Below, piece after piece: positions 13,416 to 26,875 of a stretch of DNA of 64,000 nt. How positions within the stretch are numbered: position 1 is the first letter of the stretch; the number at the start of each line of letters is the position of its first letter. The stretch is from NCBI RefSeq assembly GCF_004010195.1, contig NC_057732.1, forward strand, positions 16,842,484 through 16,906,483, in the 5' to 3' direction. The notes beneath the pieces are model-generated. The model was not told where the DNA came from, searched no databases, and saw only the letters and a program-made list of their open reading frames with translations. The DNA is from Chiloscyllium plagiosum. Its lineage: Eukaryota. The translations under genes were made by a program, and so were the position numbers.

Positions 13416-13509
13416 GAATAATCTTGAAATAAAAAGATTGAAATCAGATATAATAATCTAGCATAACTAGAATCTGAAAGTTAGTTCTGAATTAAACAGA
13501 TCTACTATC

Positions 13510-13726
13510 CAGTAAGTTCTTCAATAACGTGATGGTTGCATCCTTGTGCAACCTAGTGTTGAAGAAAGAAAACTGTGCCTTAGAAATAGCGTTTAAACGT
13601 TGGCACTGTAATTGCGTTATAGCCAACATGTTTTAGAAGTTCACACTTTAGAAACAGCGTCCTCAATTCATCAAGCACATTACAGTGAATTCACATCGAC
13701 ACAACGCGTTATAACAGAACAACCTG
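13510..13726. mobile_element. Degenerate Tc1/mariner-Tigger-like MITE
   Basis: Imperfect 22-nt TIRs (cagtaagttcttcaataacgtg vs rc caggttgttctgttataacgcg, 15/22), right end CTG-TA. Confidence 0.5.
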
Positions 13727-13921
13727 TATAGATGTATCGAGCCTTGTATCAGCGAAGGTAATCTCTAGAAAGCAGCTCAAGTTAAAACATGTTAGGCCGT
13801 TTCAAATAAAAGCAAAATACTGCAAACATTGGAAATCTGAAATAAAGACAGAAAATACTGGAGAAACTCAGCAATCCTGACAGTATCTATGGAGAGGGAT
13901 CTGTTCAGTTTTAAAGTGTCA

Positions 13922-14648
13922 GAGAAAGTCAGAGATATACAACACAGAAACAGACCCTTCAGTCCACTTGTCCATGCCAACCAGATATCCCAACCCAATC
14001 TAATCCCACCTGCCAGCACCCTGCCCATATCCCTCCAAACCCTTCCTATTCATATATCAATCCAGATGACTTTTAAATGTTGCAATTGTACCAACCTCCA
14101 CCACTTTGTCTGGCAGCTCATTCCATACACTTACCACTCTCTGCGTAAAAAAGTTGCCCCTAGGTCTCTTTAAAGTTTTTCCCCTCTCACCCTAAACCTA
14201 TGCCCTCTAGTTCTGGACTCCCCCACCCAAAGGAAAAGACTTTGTCTATTTATCCTATCCATGCCCTTCATGATTTTATAAACCTCGATAAGGTCACCCC
14301 TCAGCCTCCGATGCTCCAGAGAAAACAGTCCCAGCCTAATCAACCTCTCCCTCCAACCTTGGCAACATCCTTGTAAATCTTTTCTGAACCCTTTCAAGTT
14401 TCACATCTTTCTGATAGGAAGGAGACCAGAACTGCATGTAATATTCCAAAAGTGGCCTAACTAATGTCCTATGCCACAACATGACTTCCCAACTCCTATA
14501 CTTCATACTCTTGACTAATAAAGAAAAGCATACCAAATGCCTTCTTCACTATCCTATCTACCTGCGACTCCACTTTCAAGGAGCTATGAACCTGCACTCC
14601 AAGGTCTCTGTTCAGCAAAACGCCCTCGAACCTTACCATTAAGTATAT
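13922..14648 (-). mobile_element. 5'-truncated CR1 nested in an older inverted PLE-derived element (about 13810-13910 and 14656-14735)
   Basis: LVRPLLEYYMQFWSP and LGLFSLEHRRLRGDLIEVYKIM; candidate TSD agtgtca at 13915-13921 and 14649-14655. Confidence 0.9.
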
Positions 14649-16029
14649 AGTGTCATTGATCTAGAAATGTTAACTCAGCTTTTCTCTCCATAGTAGGTGC
14701 TCGACCAGCCTCGTCTCTACAGTAATTTCTTGTTTTAAACCGTAGCCAAACCAGCTTCTGCAGGATTACAGTGATGACCTAGATCTGCCTGAGAACAACT
14801 ATAATGATCAAGAGCAGGAGTTTGGACAAGGAAATTATCCAAAACTTAATCAGAATGTACTACCAAAATCTTGTCTTGTTGCCCTGGCTTAGATCAACCA
14901 ACACTGGAGACCAGGGTTTAAAAGGTGTTTTCAGTTTGCATGGCTCATTGATAAGTTTATTGCAATCACTGGAACAACCTCAGTGCCATAGAAAATAAAT
15001 ATTGATGCAACTTGAACCCAAACTGAATTGGACTTAATTCAAACACACTGAACAGATTATGGTAGGTGGTAAAAGCACCGGGTTCTCCATTTCTGCAGGA
15101 TGAAATGATCCACTGAAGTTGTGATAATCTTTTAAGCATTCTGGGCCATTTAAGATTCAGCGCCAGACATTTCAAAGCACAATGAATAACTGACATTGTC
15201 TAAGGATATGTCATAATTTGAAAGCAACGAAAACATATAATTTCTAAGTAGTAAGGGTATGAATGCTCTAATCTTCGAGACTTTTTACAATCCTGGGGGT
15301 GTGAACATGGACAGATTTGGAAACTGATGCAAGATGCCCTCCTTTTTCTCTGGGATATCACAAAGACAGAGAAGCACATACCAATAAAGGCACTGCTCAT
15401 TAAAAACAACAATAAACGGGAAACAAGATTCACTTTCATGTTAAAACAACTTTCTCCTCCACAAAAGAGTCAGGCAAATTGAATCCACTAAATAAACTCA
15501 AAATTGATATTAGAATAAGATATGAACAGACAATTAGTTATGGGGTTTATTATTGTGATTTTTAACTGGAATAACAAAAAACTTAAATTAGTCAGGTGAT
15601 TTTTAAGCCAGAAATTGACCGGATTCTATTAGTGCCCTTAAAATTCTGAGTAAGTTTATTTTTAATGTCATTGCCACATTTAAATCTGATTTTGGATTTG
15701 AGACCATCAGGGAAGTACCCTAATTAATAACTTTCATTGCCCAAAATCACAAGAAAATGATGGCAGAATCAAAAAGCTTTCTACAACTTCAATCTCAACA
15801 TTCTCATCATTGGTCTTCCACCTTTATACTTGTGGTTGTCGAATCTGCTTTAAAAGTTTCAATTTCTCTATGCTCTTCACAGTGGCGTTCCATTTCTCAA
15901 ACTACACTGAACCCAGCACTTTATTGCTCACATCATAAATCCACATTAATACTTATTTTCTCTCTCACATCCACCAATCCCCAAATGTTATTAAATTGAT
16001 CAACGATGTGGACTTTGACTCTAGTTACT

Positions 16030-16700
16030 CTTGAGGAGGCGGTGGTGAGCTGCTGTCTTGAACTGCTGCAATCATCTAGTTCAGGTATACCAACAGTACC
16101 ATTAGGAAGGCAATTCCAGGAGACTAGTCCACCCATAATGAAGGAATAGTGCAACTCCACATGGAACATGGATGGGAATTTGCATTTGAGGAAGCTCCTA
16201 TGCACCTGGTTCCCCTGCCTTCAGGTGAAGGGGTCATGGACTTTAAAAGATGTCAATGGAGCCTTGGCAGGACATCTTGTACATAATATGCAGCGCTGTC
16301 ACAGTGTATTAATGGCGGAGGGAATGCATATTGATGGTGCTGGTTGTGGTGTCAGTGAAGTGCTATGCCCTAGATAATGTTCTTGAGTGATGTTGGAGCT
16401 GCACTCAACCAGGCAAATACAGTCTTGCATCACACTCGATTTGTAGACTATAGCTTTGGGAAGTAAGGAGGACAAGTTACACATTGAAGAATTCACAGCT
16501 TCTGAACAGGTTTTTCAAGTTACAGTATTTATACGATTGCTTCAACTCAACTTCTAATCAGTGGTAGAGATACTGAATAACAAGGCATGGTGGTCAGGTT
16601 CTTTTTGTCGGAGATGGTCATCCCCTGACACTTGTGCGGTGTAGGTTTACTTGCCAGTCATCATACAAGTCTGAATGTTGTCCAGGATTTGCTACATGTG
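16030..16700 (-). mobile_element. Old LINE (CR1/L2 group) remnant
   Basis: Tail text cttgaggaggcggtggtgagctgctgtcttgaactg resembles the reverse complement of tails at about 19290-19390 and 25540-25635; heavily decayed. Confidence 0.55.
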
Positions 16701-17754
16701 GACATAAGCTTACACCTCAACACAGCTCTCTTATCCATCTGCATTCAAAAGTCTTTAAAATACCCTTCTGGGCTAAGTTTTCATTCTAGTGATAAAGCCC
16801 ATGGTTATAAATGAGGGATTTCAGTATATAAAGTTCTAAGGTATAAATTCTGACATCAGGAGGATTTTCATTTATAACAAAACAAAAACTCAATGAAGTG
16901 CTGCTGTGCTCCTGGGATGACAATTTTCAGATTGTAGATAATCCCTTCAAATTAGACAATTGAGCCAATCCAACTTTTGAAATGACTGTACAACAAATAA
17001 ACTGGTGATTTGGTGATTACAATCTAAGATATTCAATTTGTAAAAACAGAATCTGAAAACTGCCCATTAGCATTGTACTCTTTAAGGCATATCAATAACC
17101 TTTGCAAGAACAAATTCTGGACAGCTAACATCAGGGTAATCTGTGATTTGCAAAACCTCAGCACTTTTTAAACAAAAAAAACCTTAAGCAGTAAAAACTT
17201 TTAAAAATATATTTAATGTGAATAATCATGATTTGGTACTTGGGAGGTTTTACCTTGCAAATAAAAGTCAGCATCCACATTATACTTCAAACTGTCCTTT
17301 GGTTTCCTCTCCAGAAATTACGAGGGCAGACAAACACCACACACAGTTTTGTGTGTCAATTTTATTTTTAAATATACCCACCTGCTACTCAATACACATA
17401 AGTCACATATTCATGTTTCCATTTTCTTATAAGTGCCACAAAATAATCTTTCTGCTCTAGTCTTCTCCACATGTCCAGGAGAATTTCAAAGTCTCTCATC
17501 AAAAGCAGTGGGAACCTAGAAAAAGTCACTTTCCAATTTATTTTTTAAAATAATGCTGTTGGATAAAATTTATATTTTATGTAAACGTTTTTCCCAGATT
17601 TTTTTCTTTTAATGTTCCAAGACATTCTTACACGAGAAAATAATAAATGAGTAAATAAAACTGAAGAAATACATTCCAAACAGCATTAATACAAGTGCTA
17701 GCAAAAGAGTCTGAATTACATCATGCACTGTGAAGTTAAAAGTTGTACAGTTAC

Positions 17755-17920
17755 CTTGCAAAGCATTTCCAAGTAAAGCTTCAAGTTCTGGATTAAATTC
17801 AGCCTTCTCTTTTAACATGTGGAATAACAGTTGGTTTTGAGTAGAACTGTTTATTTCTATTTGCTTCACTCGGCCTTCTAAAACCTTAATTTGAGACTCC
17901 TTCTGAGCAGCTTGGAGACC
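17755..17920 (-). CDS. KIF21A: KIF21A exon, 166 nt: [55 protein letters not shown]
   Basis: tag|GGT acceptor, G|gtaact donor, phase 0-1; ORF 17609..17869. Confidence 0.96.
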
Positions 17921-18971
17921 CTAAGACCCATCAGAAAGATCATTATTTATGATGTGCTTTCAAAAATGCAGAGTATTGCAGTTAAAGTAGAAATATCAGA
18001 TTACTCATGGTTTTATTAAAAGGGGAGCGAGCAGGCTCGAGGTGCCAAGTTGCCTATACCTACACCTCACCCTTGCTCAAATTTAATCAAACTAATCGTC
18101 AGATTCAATTCTGTTTTCGCTTCACACATCCCTCTCCAGATAAAAATCAACAAGATCTAAATGTTACTGTCTTTTTTAAACAAACCGCACAGTACAATCC
18201 TGATTAATACGAAATCTTATTTCGTAATTCCTACCCGATGTTCATATTAATTCTTTAACAAATAAACCTAATACAGAAAGTAGCTGAAACATATACTCCA
18301 TTAATTAGAAATTATATTGCATTTGTTTCCTAGTTATAAAATTCCCACAACTCCAAAATATTCTAGCAATCCAGCCTTCAAAGTAATTAAAACCAATAAG
18401 CAACTTTCAATCATAGATCCATTTAAAAACTCCATGAAGTCTAATATCACTTATCCTATTTTTATCAACCTTGCCAAAATGATGTGCTTAACTTGGGAGA
18501 ATTCACAGCCTAATGCAGTATCTACAAATCAAACCTTGCCCAAAAGTGATCGAAGCTTGAAATCAACCGTTACGTTCAGATAACAAAACAGATTCAACTC
18601 TAAGAGATCAAAACCTAAAAGATCTGCATTTCACATAAAACATACATTAAATATGAAAGTTACATTTAAAACAGTATTGCATTACTAAGTAAAAATTTTA
18701 GTAATAAATCATTGTGTGTTTATTAAAGAAATCTGGATGGTCATTTGGTTTGGAGTCTAAATTAGGTAAGATATACGATTGACCACATTTCAGAACTGGC
18801 TAAATCTATTAAATTTAATGTCATGATCTGTGGAGTAATGGGACTAGAAAAGGACAGCGCACTCCTCCAGCCTGAGGCATGACACCCATCAGTGGCTATC
18901 TTCCAGTAGAAAATGTTCAGTAGTCATTGACCAGAATCTATATATATCAAGAGTTTTGCTCATAAACTTAC

Positions 18972-19073
18972 CTTATTAATAACCATGGTTAAAAAATGAT
19001 CCAACATGTAACGAGCTTCTGTCAAAGAGCAGGAAGTGATTATTGCTGAAACATCCACTGTACCCCCCTCCTC
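18972..19073 (-). CDS. KIF21A: KIF21A exon, 102 nt: [34 protein letters not shown]
   Basis: cag|GAG acceptor, AAG|gtaagt donor, phase 0-0. Confidence 0.95.
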
Positions 19074-20094
19074 CTGGAAATGACAAAAAGAAATGAAAAA
19101 TAAATCTCAAGTTCCAGAGTAGTAGATTTATGTTGAACATTTCTATAAAACCATAGCTCTTTAATGTTGACATTTATATTTAAATAAGTTACATGGCTTG
19201 CTGTTCTGTTTAATTTAATTGCAAACTTAGGGAAGGAATACCAGGATTTTGATGCAGCAAAGTTGTGGGTCGACCAACAACATATGCACGAAAGCAGTTC
19301 CAAGCAACAGTTTCACTACCTCAAAGGCAATTTGGAATGGATAATAATTGCTGGGTGACAACCACATCCCATTAGCAAATTTTTAAAAAAGCCACTTTCC
19401 CCTAATTCAACAACATGGTTGGAGTAGGAAGACAAGAAACAGAAAAACTTGACACCTACAAGAGATATGAGGAAAGATGGAGAGGATGGCAAAGGGAAGA
19501 GGTTAAAAACAAGTGTGTGGGAATATTAGTCATGATGCTTATTTTCAAATGTTTAGGCAGCAGTAAAAAAAATAGAAAATGCTGGGAATACTCAGCAGAT
19601 CTGACAACAACGAAGAAAATGAGAGTGTTAAGGTTTTTCTTTGAATCTTTGTTAGTTGTTTCCCTCTCCATAGTTGCTGAGAGATCCCCATATTTTCTAT
19701 TCATGTCAAATTTCATCAAAACAAAGAAAATAGTAATGAGTAGGCCAGGTAGCCCTTTGAGCCTGGTCTACCACTGAACAGGATTATAGTTGATCATGCT
19801 TTTGCTCCAAACTCTTTGATCACTTTAATCCTCAGAACCAAAGCTCCTTCTTGAAAATATTGTGTTTTGGCATCAACCACGTTCCATTACAGAATTTCAC
19901 AAGCTCACCACTCTGGATAAAGAGATTTCTCCTCATCTCGGTCCTTCATGGCTTAATCTCTATTGTTAGACTGTGACCCCTGTTTCTGTTATTGAAACCA
20001 TCCTCCCTGTATTTACTCTAACTAGTCCTGTTTGCATTTCACAGATTTAAGATTTCTACCCACCACTCATTCTTCTGAACGCCACTGAATATAC

Positions 20095-22352
20095 ATAGAA
20101 CATAGAAAAGTACAGCACAGAACAGGCCCTGTGGCTCACGATGTTGTGCTGAGGTTTAATCCTAATGTAAAATATAATAACCGCTGCACCCCTCAACTCA
20201 CTGCTATCCATGTGCATGTCCAGTAGTCACTTAAATGTTCCCAATGACTCTGCTTCCACCACCACAGTTGGCAATGCATACCACGCATTCACAATTCTCT
20301 GCGTAAAGAACCTACCTCTGACATCTCCTTTGTACCTTCCTCCTACTATCTTCTTACTATGACTCCTCGTACCAGTCAACCTTGCCCTGGGGAAAAGTCT
20401 CTGACTATTAACTCTATCTATTCCTCTCATTATCTTGTATACCTCAATCAGATCTCCTCTCTTCCTCCTTCTCTCCAGAGAGAAAACCTTTCTTCATAAG
20501 GCAAGCCCTCCAGTCTAGGCAGCATACTGGTAAACTTCTTTGCACCCTGTCCAAAGCCTCTGTATCTTTCCCATAGTAGGGGGACCAGAACTGGATACAA
20601 TATTCCAAGTGTGGTCTCAACCAGGGACTGGTCGAGCTGTAGCAAAACCTCGCGGCTCTTAAACTCGATCCCCCTGTTAATGAAAGCCAAAACGCCAGAT
20701 GCTTTAACAACCCTATCCACTTGGGTCGCAACTTGGAGGGATGTATTTAAACACCAAGATCCCTCTGTTCCTCCACACTGCCAAGAATCCGGTCTTTAAT
20801 CCTTATATTCAGCATTCGAGTTTGACTTTCCAAAATGCATCACTTTACTTTTATCCAGATTGAACTCCATCTGCCATTTCTCAGCCCAGCTCTGCATCCT
20901 ATGTTGCGCTGCAGCAGCCCTCTATAATATCGACGATACCTCCAACTTTTGTATCATTTGCAAATTTAATAACCCACCCCTCAACCTCCTCATCCAAGTC
21001 ATTTATAAAAACTACCAAGAGCAGAGGTCCAAGAACAGAGCCCTGCAGGACCCCACTCAACATTGACCTCCAGGCAGAATACTTTCCATCTACAACCACT
21101 CTCTGCCTTCTGTCAGCCAGCCAAATCTCCCTGTATCCCATACTTCCTGACTTTATGAATGAGCCTACCATGGGGAACCTTATCAAATACCTTGCTGAAG
21201 TCCACATACATCACATCCACTGCTCGACCTGTCTTGATACCTCCTCAAAGAAACTCAAGATTTGTGAGGCATGACCTGCCCCTCACAAAGCCATGCTGAC
21301 TGCCTTTAATCACACTATGCTTTGCCAAATCATCATAAATCCTATCCCTCAGAATTCTTTTCAAAACTTTGCTGACCACAGACGCAAGACTGACTGGTCT
21401 GTAATTGCCAGAGATTTCCCTATTACCCTTCTTGAAAAGAGGAACAACGTTTGCCTCCTTCCAATCCTCCAGTACGACTCTTTGGAGAGTGAGAAGGCAA
21501 ATATCCTAGCCAGTGGCTTAGCAACCTCCTTTCTTGCTTCCCGGAGCAGCCTGGGATAAATCTGGGGACTTATCAATCTTAATGTTTTCCAAAATTTCCA
21601 GCACATCAACTTCATCAATCTTGATCTGGTCAAGACTGTATCCCAGCTCCTCAAAGTTTTCATTTACAACAAGGTCCCTTTCCTTAGTGAAAAACCAAAG
21701 CAAAAAAGCTCATTTAGGGCTTCCCCCATCTGCTCAGGCTCCACCCACAAGTTCCCTCTGCTATCCCTGATTGGCCCTACATTCTTTCCCTGATCATTCT
21801 CCAATTCCTCACGTAAAAGTAAAATGCCTTTGGGTTCTCCCTAAGCCTTCTTGCCAAGCCTTTTTTGTGCCCCCTTCAGGCTCTCCTCTGTCCACTTCTG
21901 AGCTCCTTTCTAGCAAGCCTGTAATCCTCTAAAGCTGTGCTAGATCTTTGCTTCCTCCACCTTACGTAAACTGCCTTTTTCCTTTTGACGAGAATCCTCT
22001 ATTCTCATCATCCAAGGTTCCTTAATCTTACCCCTTCTTACCTGTCTCAGAGAAACAAATTCATGCATCACTTGCAACAACTGCTCCTTAAATAGTCTCG
22101 ACATGTCTGCTGTGCCCTTTCTGTGGAACAATTGCTCCCAATCTGTACTTCCCAACTCCTGTCTGAGAGCGACATAATTTCCTTTTCCCCAATTAAATAT
22201 CTTCCCTTGGTAATTGCTCCTTTCACTCTCCAAGACTATGCTAAATGTGAGGCAGTTGTGATCACTGTCACCAAAGTGCTCTCCCACTGAGAGATCCGAC
22301 ACCTGTCCTGGCTCATTGCTGAGCACCAAATCCAAAATGGCCTCCCCCCGTA
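20095..22352 (-). mobile_element. Long CR1 ORF2 copy (endonuclease end, RT, 3' tail) nested in an older CR1 (about 19735-20092 and 22353-22580)
   Basis: DLVLSNEPGQV...GEHFGDSDHN (APE endonuclease), GVLQGSVLGPLL, KFANDTK, RPHLEYCIQFWSP; (gttctat) tail at 20095. Confidence 0.93.
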
Positions 22353-22619
22353 TGTCAGTACTGCACTCCAGAAATCAATCCAGTAAACCTCTTTCCACAC
22401 CCAGGACATCTTTCTTCAGAGGTGATGACCAAAACTGCACACAATACTCCAGGTATGACATCAGCAAGATTTTCATTTATAACAGAAGACCCTGTACAAT
22501 AGCAAGGCATTCCTGCTCCTGTACTCCAATCCTTGCTATGCTGGCCAACACACCATTTTACTGCCTGCTGCACCTGTAAATATCAAATTGATGCATCATC
22601 GTCTGGCAGTCAGATCCAC

Positions 22620-23800
22620 CATTAAAAAGCATCAGTTTATGTTGATTCTGGTCTCAATAAAGCCTAGAAGTCAAGCCATCTATCTTTCATCATCATTAAT
22701 TTGAGTTCCATCCTATCGTGGACATGATCATCCCAAGCACAGACTCAATCAACCATAAACAGAAATAGCTACCATTAAGAGGCTACTAAAAACTAACCAG
22801 CACAGTCTGGAATGCCAATATTTCTACTCAGCACACAGCAAGGCATATTATAGAATTAGTTCATGCAAGAGCAAGTTAAGGAAGCGGACTGTTAGATTTG
22901 AGAAGGTTAGAGAGATGAGTATCAATGGGGAACTGAAGGATTTAAATACATGGATAAGAATGCAACCCAGCGAGGAATAGGATCAATTTTTAGTTCGGCT
23001 GTCATGCTCAGACTATGATGGAAGAGGTGTCAATTGAGTGAGTATTGCAATCAAGTTTAATGATGATTAAAGATGGATGAAATTTGAGCAATAAATGGTC
23101 TAAGGTAAAGGTAAAGCATTCATTGTTGGTGATGCAAGTAGACAATATACTTGAAAGTCAAAAGGTTAGAAAAAATCAGTTCCAGATCAAAATGAACGTA
23201 AAGATAGTGAACTCTGATCCTCCCGGAGATGATAAGATGATGATGAGTTGATGAGGAGAAAAATGACATGATATTGCCAGACTGGTTCCAGAGCTTGCAG
23301 CACTTCAAGTCTATGGTTTATTGAACATTGAAGGGACATTGAACAAATAAACTCTCAGTAAATACAGAGAAAGATTTAAGAGCATCTTTCCAATAGATTG
23401 TTTTATCAAAGATTCATACATTTTTCTTCAGCCATTCACAAATTGAAAGGGAGAGCTGATATAATTCGCCTAAGTGTGAAATATGACTACATGCATTGCA
23501 GACATTAAGTCAAAGGGTAGTACATAGCTGCAACAGGAGGGAAAGAATATTAGATCTTGGGGGATGCTGCAAATAATGGGGGTTATGTTAGGGAAGGAAT
23601 CCAGAGCAGTGCAGTGATTTTATGTTTCTAACAGAGTTGGTAAGAGATTAATTGATCACTGGGTGATCCCTTTGCAACATATTGGAGAAGGTACATTTCA
23701 AAAGGATGGTATAGTCAATCAAAGACTGCAGAAAAGTTTAAGATAAAGAGTCCAATATAATGCATTACATATGATCATATGAGTCTATGTTTGGGATGAT
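22620..23800 (-). mobile_element. Ancient LINE-like (L2/CR1 group) remnant
   Basis: Purine-rich decayed LINE-like text; family not resolvable by eye. Confidence 0.4.
23382..23448 (+). repeat. 67-bp direct repeat, copy 1 (copy 2 at 24733-24799)
   Basis: 65/67 identical by manual alignment. Confidence 0.95.
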
Positions 23801-24404
23801 TATGTTTCAGATAGGGCAGAACTCAAATTAATGATGATGAAAGATAGATGGATTGACTTCTAGGCTTCACGGAGACCAGAATCACAGGCAAACAGACAAA
23901 TATTAGTACCACTAGCCTCTTCACTAATTCCCTGGCTCCATCTTGTCACTGACCATTTTCACAGATAGGACTACTTGCCTGCACATGGCAAGTCACTGAA
24001 ACAGGCTTAACAAGCTCTGAACGAGCTATCAGAACTGAAAAGGTACAAAGTTATCAGAAAGCCAATTTTTAAATATTATCCCCTCATGCTTTAACAAGAA
24101 TGTCAAACTGATCAACTAACAATCTCAGTAACTCTGCCTCGCTCCAAATCTCATTTTAAGGAAGAGCATGCAATAACAGTGTCAATAGTGTTCTCAGAAC
24201 ATTAGACTTTATTTCAGACACTAGAATTAGCTATGGGGATCTTTGATGAAAGATGTGACAGATGGATAATAGGATTTCTATTATCTATATGTTAACATGA
24301 TAAAATTATAAATTTAAACAATCCAAACACACTGTATACCAAGATATTTTTGTGAATTTCATTTTCAAACATATGACAATGAAATAATTATAACATTAAC
24401 TTGC

Positions 24405-24596
24405 CTTTGCTTCCTCCATCTGCATGATATTGGCCTGGCATTCTGAAATGCTGTCATTAATATAATCAATATTTGCACCCAAAGACTCAGTTTCTTCATT
24501 AAGACTTTGAATTGCTTTGTCATCTATACACTCTTGGACAAACTTCTCTCTTCGTTTATTCAATTTGTCACGTCTTTTGGTCAGATCTTCACGTTG
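24405..24596 (-). CDS. KIF21A: KIF21A exon, 192 nt, regulatory coiled coil: [64 protein letters not shown]
   Basis: cag|CAA acceptor; non-canonical AAG|gcaagt donor required to keep frame with the next exon. Confidence 0.94.
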
Positions 24597-24732
24597 CTGT
24601 AATAAAAAGAGTAAACTTATTAACAACTTGAGAGATGAAAAATAATAAACACGTAGCGTGTAAATCTGATCAATTTCAATGCATGACCTTGTTGGTTCTG
24701 AATGTGTTTGAACAATGCCACAACACTTGAAT

Positions 24733-24799
24733 GCATCTTTCCAATAGATTGTTTTATCAGAGGTTCATACATTTTTCTTCAGCCATTCACAAATTGAAA
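24733..24799 (+). repeat. 67-bp direct repeat, copy 2
   Basis: gcatctttccaatagattgttttatcagaggttcatacatttttcttcagccattcacaaattgaaa. Confidence 0.95.
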
Positions 24800-25809
24800 A
24801 TCAACATATAAAGAAAAGCATTCATTCCTCTTACTGACAGATTCTAATCTTCAGTCTTCCCACAAAAATTGAGATGAACTGTGTGCAAACCCTGGCTTCA
24901 CAATTTTTGTTCTAAAAACAAGACAAATGGAAAGATAAGACAACTACTGTTCAGCAAGGAAAAAATCAAAGTACAACTGAAACCATTCAGGAAAATATTA
25001 ATTAAACAAGATAGGACACTGGGATGGTTGCCAAACAAAACATTCAAGGCAACATGTGAAGTATTCTTGGTACACAGAGTGGTGGGGCAGGGGATGGTGT
25101 ATGATGGGTTAAGAAAATTCAAAATTGAATGCATTGGCACAGCTGTGGTACAGCAAAAACTAATATCAGGTTTTGTGTTCTTGTTGCTTCAATGTCATCA
25201 AAAGTCACATTTTCAGTGCCTATACACAGTTAAACAAACCAGTTGCACCATTTGCAGGTTCAAACCAGCTAATTATTCAACTTGAAAATGCAAAACTGCT
25301 CAACCAACCTCAAAATGCCAATATAAATTTAAATTAAAAGCAGTTGCAAGATTGTCAAGCTTGTTACAATTCAACACAGCCTTCCAAGTACCTCTACAAT
25401 CCAGAAAGAGGACAGGAACAGGCACACAGTAACTGCACCAAGTGCAAGTTCTTCTCCAAGTTGCACATTTTAATTTGTAACTATGTCTCCATTCATATGA
25501 TCAAAATTCTGGCACTGGCTTCAAAACAGATTTAGTGGTTCATGGACAGAGCAACCGCCTTCTCAATGGCAATTGGAGATGGGAACCAAAATGTTGCCAG
25601 TGAGTCTCATACCCAATGAACAAATTTGAAAAAACAAATTAGTGTCAGAATAGACAAAATTTGTTTCAACTTCAGAGATTTGATGTTTTGCGAAGACACT
25701 TTATACCAGCTCCATTCAAATGGCAATCAACACTTAACCCAAGAGTGATATCTAAAAGCAACATATGCTTATTCCTTATTAATAATGAACTATGATCAAA
25801 TCATGAGAT

Positions 25810-26875
25810 TTATAGAGTCTGAGAGCTGTTCAGCATGGAAATAGACCCTCAAGTCCAGCTCGTCTATGCTGACCAGGTATCCTAAATTAATCTAGTCTCA
25901 TTTGCAGCATTTGGCCCACCTCCCTCAAATCTTCCTATTCATACGTCCACCCAGACGCCTTTTAAATGTTGCAAATATACCAGCCTCCACCACTTCCTCT
26001 GACAGCTCATTCCATACATGCACCACCTTCCCCTCTCACATTAAATTATGCCCTTCAGTTTTGGACTCCCCAACCTTGGAGGAAAAGACCTTGGCTATTC
26101 ACCCTATCCATGTCCTGCATGATTTTAATACCTCTTTAAAGGCACCCCTCTGCCTCCAGGGAAAATAGCCCCAGCTTTTTCAGTCATTCCCTTTAGCTCA
26201 AGCCTCCAATCCTGGCAGCATCCTTGTAAAGCTTTTCTGAACTGTTTCAAGTTTCACAACATCTTTACTATAGCAAGGAGAGCTGAATTGAATGCAGTAC
26301 TCCAAAAGTGGTCTAACCAATGCCCTGTACAATCACAACGTGACCTCCTAACTCCTATATTCAATGTACTGACCAATAAAGGCAAGCATACAAAATGCCT
26401 TCTTCATTATCCTGTGTAATTGCGACTGCTCTTTCAAGGAACTATGAACCTGCACTCCAAGGTCTCTACGTTCAGCAACGCTCCCCAGGACCTTACCATT
26501 AAGTTCTTACGTACTGCCCTGATTTGCCTTTCCAAAATGCAGCATCACACATTTATCTAAATTAAACTCCATCTGCCACTATTCGACCCACTGGCCCATC
26601 TGATCAATGTCCCATTGTAATCCAAGGTAACCTTCTTCGCTGTCCAGTTTACCTCCAATTTTGGTGTCATCTGCAAACTTACTAACCACACCTATGTTCA
26701 CATCTGAACCATTTATACAAATGACGAAAAGCAGTGGACCCAGCACCGATCCTTGTGACACACCGTTGGTCACAGGCCTCTAGTCCAAAAAGCAACCCTC
26801 CACCAACACCACCCTCTGTCTCCTACCTTCGAGCCAGTTCAGTATCCAAATGGCTAGTTCTCCCTGTATTCCATA
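25810..26875 (-). mobile_element. 5'-truncated CR1 LINE
   Basis: GVSQGSVLGPLLFVICIN...SKFADDTKIGG; same 3' tail family as 13922-14648. Confidence 0.9.

Noticed and set aside
17249-17275. ttgcaag|gtaa duplicate of the upstream exon's donor as a recursive or alternative site
   Set aside because: Short match, weak donor (gtaaaa), and the putative branch point is too close to the AG
19068-19076. NAGNAG tandem acceptors (cagGAGGAG here; aagGAG at 43332-43337)
   Set aside because: Distal sites are GAG, rarely used as acceptors; no evidence without RNA-seq
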